From Erysipelotrichaceae bacterium MTC7 (GTDB lineage: Bacteria; Bacillota_I; Bacilli_A; Erysipelotrichales; Erysipelotrichaceae): DNA of 32,000 nucleotides. The stretch covers positions 2,667 to 34,666 of the forward strand of contig LVZN01000019.1 of assembly GCA_001695645.1 (NCBI GenBank). Reading direction: 5' to 3'. The number at the start of each line of letters is the position of its first letter. Within the stretch, counting starts at the first letter, position 1. The position numbers and the translations under genes are program-made. The notes below the pieces were generated by a model that had not been told where the DNA came from, did no database searches, and saw only the letters and a program-made list of their open reading frames with translations. Below are positions 21,885 through 28,482 of this stretch, piece by piece.

Positions 21885-23630
21885 TCAATTATTAACCCAA
21901 AGAATCTCTTTATTATCAATATAGTCTGAGATTCTATTAGCATCGAGTTCGCCTCTTAGTACAGCATTAGCGCCAAGTAGCAGCTGCTCAACGTTTAATG
22001 CCGCCCCTTTTGTATTAGTTCGATTATACGTGCTTTCTATCTGTTCTTGAAATCTTCCTATAAATTTACTAGAGACCCACATAAAATAATACTTTTCTTT
22101 TTTAATACTTGACGGGAAGTTATTCCACCATTCTATAGGATTACGTGTTGTATCTCTATATTGATTATCTTCAATATATCTTACCATTTCATCTTCTTGA
22201 CTAATTGATTTGCTATATCCAGTACTATATGCCTTCGTGTCAATGATCATTCCAAAGTTAGCATTAAATACAAGGCAATCTGGTTTTCTCCCGCCGCCTA
22301 GCAAAACAGATTTTAAACCATAAACCTTTTTGAAAATTTCTGCAGTAATAATTTCGAAATCTCTATTTCTATTTCCATCAAAAGCAATTTCGAGCAGTTC
22401 AATATATTTTGCGGGTAAATCTGTTTTATTCATAAATTCAGCTTTACGTTGCTCTGATGCTTTATCTTTTAATTCCTTTGTGAGATTTAGTTTAGGTATT
22501 TCAAAATCAACTAGTAAGTCCTTCAACTCAATATTAGGGCCGTTCTTCTCAATACGTATTCCAAAAGTGTTTAACCCTTGAATATCATTTTCAATAATTT
22601 TAGGATCATCATTGAAGCCCAGTTGCTGAAGTTTTTCCATTAAAACTTTAAATGACTTTGTTTCCTGCAAGAATTTCAATATATAGGAGCGTCTAGAGCG
22701 AATGTAATTTCTGTTTTCGCCCTCAACGGCTAAAAATTCCCAGGTTAGATATTTGGTAATACGCATATTTTTGGAGCTGCCATGTGCTTTTCGTAGTGCG
22801 TGGCTTCCCCGTCCTGTAATAGAAAACTCTTGGAAACCTGCTTTTTTTCCGTTAATCGTGTTAACAACAGTGCTATTTTTTTGCACAAAGCCAACTTTTT
22901 CTAACCAGGTCGATATCATACGTGCATATTTATCACTAGTACCTTCAATATCTGACTTGATTTTTTTCTGTTCTTCATTTGTTCCACTGTTAAACCAGTC
23001 GAACATTAAGCTTTCATCATAGGATGTAAAACCTTTTTCACCAGAAAATCCTAATTGATTACCTATATAGAATTTACTAACTGGTCTAGTAGTTGATTCT
23101 AATATATTTAAAACTTGTGTTGCAGGAGGATAGCTTAAAAGAGAATTTCGGAGAATATTAATTTCATGTTCAGAATCATCAATAGATCGCGAAAATTCCC
23201 TACCCAAGGGCGTAATTGAGCACATATCCGTTTCGCGATTGTGTTTTACAAAATTTAGACTGAGAGCCCATCTTAAGTACCCATCAGATGTCCAATTATC
23301 AGTCCAAAACTTGCCTTTAGTCTTAGAGGATTGTGGTAATATTGTGATTTGTATTAACGCATCTGCAACAGCTTCAGATCTCGATTTAGGGGATCTTCCA
23401 TGTTTGTTTTTTGAAGTACCTACGAGATCTAGATATGAGAATTCTTCAATTTTTCGAGTGAACTTATTTAATAAGTCAGATTTTATATCATCAAAATAGA
23501 TATAGCGTGAAATCAAATTGCTTTTGAGGTTTTCATAATGTACAGAAGTATTGTCAAAAATCTGAACCACTAGTTTTAATTTTTTGAAGTCAGATGGATT
23601 CTGAACCCAACCATATGTGCGTGAAATCAT
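21885..23630 (-). CDS. FokI-like Type IIS restriction endonuclease
   Basis: 581 aa; FokI is about 580 aa. Blocks I recall from FokI are present. RTYGWVQNP matches RTFGWVQNP, TSDGYLRWA matches SSDGFLRWA, GTSDKYARMI matches GSSDKYARMI. YIELLEIA is shared, and the cleavage-domain motif GGGRKPDCLVF...MIIDTKAY gives D451, D464, K466 against FokI D450, D467, K469. RBS AAGGAGAT. Confidence 0.9.
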   Translation of the reverse strand: MISRTYGWVQNPSDFKKLKLVVQIFDNTSVHYENLKSNLISRYIYFDDIKSDLLNKFTRKIEEFSYLDLVGTSKNKHGRSPKSRSEAVADALIQITILPQSSKTKGKFWTDNWTSDGYLRWALSLNFVKHNRETDMCSITPLGREFSRSIDDSEHEINILRNSLLSYPPATQVLNILESTTRPVSKFYIGNQLGFSGEKGFTSYDESLMFDWFNSGTNEEQKKIKSDIEGTSDKYARMISTWLEKVGFVQKNSTVVNTINGKKAGFQEFSITGRGSHALRKAHGSSKNMRITKYLTWEFLAVEGENRNYIRSRRSYILKFLQETKSFKVLMEKLQQLGFNDDPKIIENDIQGLNTFGIRIEKNGPNIELKDLLVDFEIPKLNLTKELKDKASEQRKAEFMNKTDLPAKYIELLEIAFDGNRNRDFEIITAEIFKKVYGLKSVLLGGGRKPDCLVFNANFGMIIDTKAYSTGYSKSISQEDEMVRYIEDNQYRDTTRNPIEWWNNFPSSIKKEKYYFMWVSSKFIGRFQEQIESTYNRTNTKGAALNVEQLLLGANAVLRGELDANRISDYIDNKEILWVNN

Positions 23631-23654
23631 TTCATTATCTCCTTACTTAGTAAA

Positions 23655-23870
23655 TTATAAACTATTATCTTTTATCGTCTCCATAATATCTTCAAGCTTG
23701 CAATCAAGTGCTTCACATATTTTAAGCAGAATATCCGTAGTGATATTCTCGCCTTTACCAAGCTTTGCTATAGATGCAGAGCTTATACCGGTGGCATTCT
23801 TCAAATCTTGTTTATTCATATTTTTATCAATTAGCATTTTCCAGAGTTTGTTGTAGCTAATTCTGAGCAT
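23655..23870 (-). CDS. Small XRE/Cro-type HTH protein (candidate R-M controller or regulator of the neighbouring system)
   Basis: 71 aa; KNMNKQDLKNATGISSASIAKLGKGENITTDILLKICEALDC is a canonical HTH_XRE. RBS AAAGGAGAT. Lies 24 nt upstream of the nuclease start. Confidence 0.85.
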   Translation of the reverse strand: MLRISYNKLWKMLIDKNMNKQDLKNATGISSASIAKLGKGENITTDILLKICEALDCKLEDIMETIKDNSL

Positions 23871-23899
23871 ATTTCTATCTCCTTTATTGGATTTCCATC

Positions 23900-25729
23900 C
23901 TAATTGCTATATACATCATGTAAAAAACCATAACGACTTTCTTTGTACTTACTTATATATTTGCCATGTGTAAATTCTATTACCTTAGCATCTCTAGCCT
24001 CATAATCTAAATCTGGAAGATCCTTTGTGTTTTCTACAACTATCATTTGTCCTTCGGATTGATTGTCAATAAAGTATTGGAATAGGGCGGTTCTCATGCT
24101 TGTAGGTGCATTATCATCGACGCCTTGATCAAGACCAAGCAAAGGTGTATCCACCACAAAAATTCCTGGTCTATGTACAGCATCTTCGTGTAAATACTTT
24201 CTAAAAGTTAACCCTACAATTGTATTGATAAAAGCCCAGTAACCCTTACCATGACTATCTTCTTTTGCATAGCCATTTATTTCTAAATCAAATGTACCCA
24301 TGTTGAAATGAGCCGTATTCAAATTTTCATATTTGCAGTCAACTAGAATTGAATATGCTATTTCATCTATACGTGTATTAAAATCGACAGGGAAGTGTTC
24401 TTTTGGTTTAAATTTTGGGTTATCCGAATCATCACTTTCTTGCTTTTGTAATTCAACAATCCACTCTTGTGAAACGCTTTGCAATACAGTTGATTCTTGT
24501 TGTAATTGTATATAAGAGCGATATTGTTGTATTCCTTCTCTTAGTTTATTAGATTGCGGAGTAAGTTCAGTTTCGATTAATTTATCTATCCCCGATCTTT
24601 GTCTTTCAAGATGATCGATTTTTTCACGAACTTCATTTAATGATGAAACGACATCTTCTTCACTCTCAGACAAGCCCTGCAATTGAGTAATGATGCGATT
24701 CAGTTCAGCTCTTGATGCTTTAATGTATGATTTTCTCTCTGCTGGTTGCATATTACCATCACAAAAAGGACATTTTTTATTTTTATCAACAGAGTGTAGA
24801 TGTACCTCTCCATCTACAATAAATGATAATCTTTTTATATCAGCTGTATATTGGCTTCGTAGCGATTGAAAGTGAGAATAAGTAACTTGGTTTTCTGCTT
24901 CTTTTTCCTTTAAATCTAGTAAAGTACCTAGTAAATCCTTACTCTCTTCTGTAGCAGCCGCAATAGCAGCTTCAGTTTCAGAAAGATTGTCAATTAGCTT
25001 TTGCATTTCATCTTCCACATCTAAATCGCTATAAGTAGACAATGCTTTTTGTAGCTCTTCTCTTTTTTTAGACATCTGAGAAATTCTACCGTTTACAAAT
25101 TGGCGAACAGCATCTTTTTTAGCTTTGCTGATTTCATCCTTGTCATGTTCCTCCATATCTGGGTATTCATTTCCAGTGAGAAGATATAGAAGGGATGCAA
25201 AAAAATAAGGATTCTGAGTAGGCGATGAAGGTAAAAGCACCGATTTCGGATTTTCAATTTCTTGTTCTTTTAACCAAAACAATCCCATAAGAGTTTTCCA
25301 TGAGAGGCGTTGTCTAGCAAAATCTTGATTTTTTATTATCATTGGCAGTTTTTTAATACCAATCAATTTAAGCCAAAGTTCATTTAAAACAGGATTTTTA
25401 TTCCCGTTACTCTTATATTTAACGTCATAGTCACCACCATCAATTGAGTTAATTTGGCTGACCACGTTTACTATATTCTTTCCAACTATCCGAGAGAGAT
25501 GAATAGTGCCTTCTGGGGTATTAATATCTAGGCTGACGCTATCATATCCTGTTTGTTCTTTTTCAAAAGGCTTTTCAATTACACCCATAGCAAACTGGAT
25601 GCATTTTAATATGCAGGTCTTTCCGGAATCGGAAACTCCACAAATGATATTTAATCCTTTATCAAAAGTTACAATAGCAGGGGACTTCCCTGTGCCGGTT
25701 GCTGTGACTTTAGAAATATAAAACGCCAT
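23900..25729 (-). CDS. Rad50/SMC-like ABC ATPase with coiled-coil insert and CxxC hook (LmuB / ABC-3C ATPase-like)
   Basis: Walker A GVSDSGKT (nt 25616-25639). Charged heptad-like region about res 195-430 with CPFC at res 320-323 (nt 24761-24772). C-terminal half-head SHGKGYWAF...GIFVVDTPLLGLD...QMIVVEN. RBS AAGGAAGGAG. Confidence 0.8.
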   Translation of the reverse strand: MAFYISKVTATGTGKSPAIVTFDKGLNIICGVSDSGKTCILKCIQFAMGVIEKPFEKEQTGYDSVSLDINTPEGTIHLSRIVGKNIVNVVSQINSIDGGDYDVKYKSNGNKNPVLNELWLKLIGIKKLPMIIKNQDFARQRLSWKTLMGLFWLKEQEIENPKSVLLPSSPTQNPYFFASLLYLLTGNEYPDMEEHDKDEISKAKKDAVRQFVNGRISQMSKKREELQKALSTYSDLDVEDEMQKLIDNLSETEAAIAAATEESKDLLGTLLDLKEKEAENQVTYSHFQSLRSQYTADIKRLSFIVDGEVHLHSVDKNKKCPFCDGNMQPAERKSYIKASRAELNRIITQLQGLSESEEDVVSSLNEVREKIDHLERQRSGIDKLIETELTPQSNKLREGIQQYRSYIQLQQESTVLQSVSQEWIVELQKQESDDSDNPKFKPKEHFPVDFNTRIDEIAYSILVDCKYENLNTAHFNMGTFDLEINGYAKEDSHGKGYWAFINTIVGLTFRKYLHEDAVHRPGIFVVDTPLLGLDQGVDDNAPTSMRTALFQYFIDNQSEGQMIVVENTKDLPDLDYEARDAKVIEFTHGKYISKYKESRYGFLHDVYSN

Positions 25730-25734
25730 ACAGG

Positions 25735-26217
25735 TTACTCCTTCCTTAACGATTTAGACGCTTCTCTACTAATCAAATTAAGAAGTTCTTTTTCGTTTTT
25801 CGAATCCATATAAATAATAGCTTTGTGTGCATACAATCTATATTCATTGGCATAATCAGAAGCTAGGGAACTGCATAAGGCAAGTCCACGTTCTGTAATA
25901 GAATATATAAAGCCATCATTTGAATAAGAAACCCTAACCAAGTTTTCTAAAACAAGCTGTTTAATAGCTTGTTGTGATAATGATCTTCTCGCAGAAAATT
26001 CAGAAAAACTAAATTCATTATCACCATGAAGATTGCTATTTGATAATCCAAATTCTTTTGAGTAATTTGAAATAAAATCTGCTGTTACCAGCTTATCAAT
26101 TGTAAACTTATTATTATTAGACAATGATAAGACAAGTAGTAATCTCATTGATATTTCAAATTCAGTATTGAAAACTTTATCATTCATCTTCATCCACCCA
26201 CCGAACGCAACCATCAT
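25735..26217 (-). CDS. Small winged-helix-like middle component (ABC-3C MC / LmuC-like position)
   Basis: About 150-160 aa between the other two genes; QAIKQLVLENLVRVSYSNDGFIYSITERGLAL resembles a wHTH recognition helix plus wing. The likely true start is the ATG at 26187 (MNDKVF...), which overlaps the upstream stop within ATGAATGA. Confidence 0.6.
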   Translation of the reverse strand: MMVAFGGWMKMNDKVFNTEFEISMRLLLVLSLSNNNKFTIDKLVTADFISNYSKEFGLSNSNLHGDNEFSFSEFSARRSLSQQAIKQLVLENLVRVSYSNDGFIYSITERGLALCSSLASDYANEYRLYAHKAIIYMDSKNEKELLNLISREASKSLRKE

Positions 26218-27181
26218 TTACCAATAGATGACAGGTTCCTTTCTTTTCTTTTGGGCCTACTAGATTTTGGATATTATCAACAACAGATGTGGTAGAGCAA
26301 TCGACTACCTTTTTCATAACGGCTAACAGCCTTTTGTATCCATCATCGTAATCATCCCATAAAGTATCTTTAATGTAATCATGTGTTTCAGACTTCCACT
26401 TCTTAGAATGTTCTTCGCCTTTATCTATAGATTCTCGAATAAAGCGGTCAATACGCAATGCACTATAATAATTGATTCGTTGATCAGAGAAGTTTCTTTT
26501 GAATTTTGTAGGTAACGAGTCTAAATCAGCTTTTGTCAAATTACCAGATTTTATAGCTTCTGCATAAGCTGCAAGAAGCTCACTAACATATTTCTCTTCT
26601 TCAGGAGCAATGTCTTGTGGAGGCTCGATCTCCTTAGGAATAGATATTTCAACATTACCTATATGTAATTTTCCATCAGATTCGTCATAATAAATAGTTT
26701 GAGAAGGTAAAGATGCTAATTTAGAAGGGGAAGTTGCATTATTAGAAACATTGATGCTAGACGATTCTCTGCCTTCATAAATGTCATCTAGAATTTGAAG
26801 AAACAAATCAGCACAAGCATATCCTAAAACTTCATCGGGATTGAAGCCTGGAATCATTTTTTTGATTTCATCCTCAATAGCCATCTGATTATGATCGTTT
26901 AAATTACTTATGTAATTTGCAAATTTATCTGTATCTTTACGACTAATAACTACATGTACCTTTTTGGGGTTCAAAGGATTACTACCCTTTATCAATCGAT
27001 CTAATGAGTCTGGTTTGAGAACACCAAAAGGGTTATATCTATCATTCTCAGACAATTTTATTTCTTCCACCGTTTGAGGGGCTCTCATGATATTGTCAAA
27101 AAGCGACAGAAAAAACTCATATGGTTTATATGATGTACCACTGTGTTTATAAAGTATATTCGCAAATTCACTAAAGAGCAT
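26180..27181 (-). CDS. Putative effector/sensor subunit: unassigned N-terminal domain plus ABC-3C-type C-terminal coupling domain (LmuA position)
   Basis: 333 aa, RBS GGAGGTG. The C-terminal ~140 aa (RINYYSALRIDRFIRE...DDGYKRLLAVMKKV...KKGTCHLLVNDGCVRWV) resemble, from memory, the conserved C-terminal domains of ABC-three-component effector proteins. No catalytic motif is recognisable in the N-terminal ~135 aa. Confidence 0.55.
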   Translation of the reverse strand: MLFSEFANILYKHSGTSYKPYEFFLSLFDNIMRAPQTVEEIKLSENDRYNPFGVLKPDSLDRLIKGSNPLNPKKVHVVISRKDTDKFANYISNLNDHNQMAIEDEIKKMIPGFNPDEVLGYACADLFLQILDDIYEGRESSSINVSNNATSPSKLASLPSQTIYYDESDGKLHIGNVEISIPKEIEPPQDIAPEEEKYVSELLAAYAEAIKSGNLTKADLDSLPTKFKRNFSDQRINYYSALRIDRFIRESIDKGEEHSKKWKSETHDYIKDTLWDDYDDGYKRLLAVMKKVVDCSTTSVVDNIQNLVGPKEKKGTCHLLVNDGCVRWVDEDE

Positions 27182-27200
27182 TATCTGCCACCTCCAACTA

Positions 27201-27240
27201 TATTTCCGAATCTTTCCGAACCTCTCCGAGTCCTTCCTTA
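27201..27240. repeat. Four degenerate tandem 10-nt repeats in the leader of the three-gene operon
   Basis: tatttccgaa / tctttccgaa / cctctccgag / tccttcctta. On the mRNA strand this is a ladder of GGAA/GGAG purine blocks with 10-nt phasing, ending in the RBS. Confidence 0.6.
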
Positions 27241-27258
27241 ATGGAAGGTCTTTTTTTT
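27232..27258 (+). terminator. Hairpin plus T8 (terminator-like on the + strand)
   Basis: ccttcc-ttaat-ggaagg followed by tc and TTTTTTTT. There is no + strand gene upstream, so its role is unclear. Confidence 0.4.
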
Positions 27259-27429
27259 ATACAATTTTATTAGTGATTGAGTGATATTGAAGAAGAAATT
27301 GCAAGCAAAAAAGACTGCTTAAATTATATCACGAAAAATCACACATTACCAGAAGAAAAATTCACAAAAGCAAATATTTTATCATTTATTGTTGAATTTA
27401 TCTTCAAAAATGGAAAGGAGGTAGTGCAG

Positions 27430-27573
27430 ATGGCCAAACGTAATACGAAGCAAACATCAAAAAGAGTTGCGTCAAAAGCAAGCAAAATTCTTAACGATGG
27501 ACGCTACAGTAAGAAATCCAAGTCAGTGGCTGGCAGTGCTTTAAGTCAAACTAGACCAAGCAAGAAAAAGTAA
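27430..27573 (+). CDS. Small lysine/serine-rich basic protein (47 aa), function unknown
   Basis: ATG at 27430 preceded by GGAAAGGAGG: MAKRNTKQTSKRVASKASKILNDGRYSKKSKSVAGSALSQTRPSKKK. The ORF track extends it to a TTG at 27277, which lacks an obvious RBS. Confidence 0.5.
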   Translation: MAKRNTKQTSKRVASKASKILNDGRYSKKSKSVAGSALSQTRPSKKK

Positions 27574-27693
27574 TTTTCAGAACAGATGATAGGTAGCGAC
27601 AGATTTGAATAATCAGCCTACTTATCCTCCCTAAGGGAGAAATCTATCCAGAGCGGTTATCGCTCAACAAAATCAATCTCAAAGTCCTAGTGC

Positions 27694-27791
27694 GCATACG
27701 GACGGCGGGATGCATAAGAGTTCAGAACACAGTAATAAAGACTGTGTTTGGAATGAAGATGCACCCACCGTTATTTCGTGTGCCCTTTTTT
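27694..27791 (+). other. Long three-tier GC-rich hairpin ending in a U-tract (structured RNA or elaborate terminator)
   Basis: Outer stem gcatacg / cgtgtgc. Middle stem acggcgggatgca / tgcacccaccgt (one bulge, one mismatch). Apical stem aacacagt-aataaag-actgtgtt. Then ccTTTTTT. Confidence 0.4.
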
Positions 27792-27801
27792 AGGACAAGC
27801 G

Positions 27802-27835
27802 GAGTCTGTGGTCATCTTCACCGCAGGCTCTTTTT
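27802..27835 (+). terminator. Rho-independent terminator just upstream of the sigma-like gene
   Basis: gagtctgtggt-catcttc-accgcaggctc (11 bp including 2 G.U pairs) followed by TTTTT. Confidence 0.6.
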
Positions 27836-27875
27836 GTATTCCGCCGCCCAATGACTAGGCGGGAAGGAATACTTT

Positions 27876-28418
27876 ATGAAGATTCGAGTTTTATATGAAG
27901 ACAACATTAAAAACGGTCACAAGAACTACACCACAATTGAAATTCCAGATGGAGATTACAGCGTCATGCTGGATATCGACTATGAGCAACGTCTTGCAGA
28001 AGCAAAGCCTGAAAAGAAGGCAGAGGTGAAACGCTGCGAGACTCTACAAGAAATGTTCGACCTCATGAACAACAAGGAATATAACCATTGGCGCCGCTAC
28101 CATAGGCACCTTGGTAATACCAAGACACCTTATCGAAAAGATGATGAAGTTGAAATTGATGTCATGGATACTTTCGCTGATAACTCCCAGGAGATAGAAC
28201 GCAATCACCAAGATGAGTACGAATCTGTCTGCCAATGGATACGCACCGTTCTTGGCAAAAAGCAGGACTGGGCAGATATGTTCATTGCAGTACGGATTGA
28301 CGGTATGTCGATTCGAGAATATGCCAGTTCCATCGGTGTTAATGAAAACAATATTACTCAGAAATTAAAGCGAGCAACCAAGAAATTAGAACAAGAATAT
28401 AAAAAACGTCAGATTTGA
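27876..28418 (+). CDS. Sigma-70 region-4-like HTH regulator of a mobile element
   Basis: 180 aa. The C-terminus MSIREYASSIGVNENNITQKLKRATKKLEQEY resembles sigma region 4. The architecture recalls the small sigma-like proteins of clostridial integrative elements. Confidence 0.55.
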   Translation: MKIRVLYEDNIKNGHKNYTTIEIPDGDYSVMLDIDYEQRLAEAKPEKKAEVKRCETLQEMFDLMNNKEYNHWRRYHRHLGNTKTPYRKDDEVEIDVMDTFADNSQEIERNHQDEYESVCQWIRTVLGKKQDWADMFIAVRIDGMSIREYASSIGVNENNITQKLKRATKKLEQEYKKRQI

Positions 28419-28482
28419 CCTTCTCCCAAGGCTACTAGGTAGGAGGTCAAGACCTCCAAAAAAACACAAGGAGGTAATTCGA

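Noticed and set aside
22330-23856. Several 79-89 aa + strand ORFs inside the FokI-like and HTH genes
   Set aside because: They are antisense to a gene with strong homology blocks. The translations are AT-rich and Ser/Phe/Ile-rich with no RBS or motif.
23880-23899. GGAT-GGAA-ATCC / TGGA-AA-TCCA mini-palindromes upstream of the HTH gene as a C-box; they also contain a GGATG on the coding strand
   Set aside because: Only 4-bp arms, which are expected by chance in AT-rich DNA. They do not resemble known C-box architecture closely enough, so they are left as a note for EMSA only.
23900-27181. Alternative identities for the ATPase operon: Wadjet (JetABCD), Septu, PARIS, Gabija, or SbcCD/RecN repair
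   Set aside because: No Toprim/JetD, HNH/PtuB, AriB or OLD-Toprim, or Mre11/SbcD partner is present. The ATPase (609 aa) is far shorter than JetC or SbcC. The small wHTH protein plus a partner bearing a CTD fits ABC-3C/Lamassu better.
27201-27240. The 10-nt tandem repeats as a CRISPR-like or minisatellite array
   Set aside because: The units are contiguous with no spacers, only 10 nt long and degenerate. No cas genes are present. They are treated as a regulatory or leader repeat.
28440-28466. ggaggtc-aa-gacctcc hairpin as a terminator between the sigma-like and Bro genes
   Set aside because: It is followed by an A-run, not a T-run, on the + strand, and has the wrong polarity on the - strand. 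The loop is too tight. It is probably just part of the RBS region.
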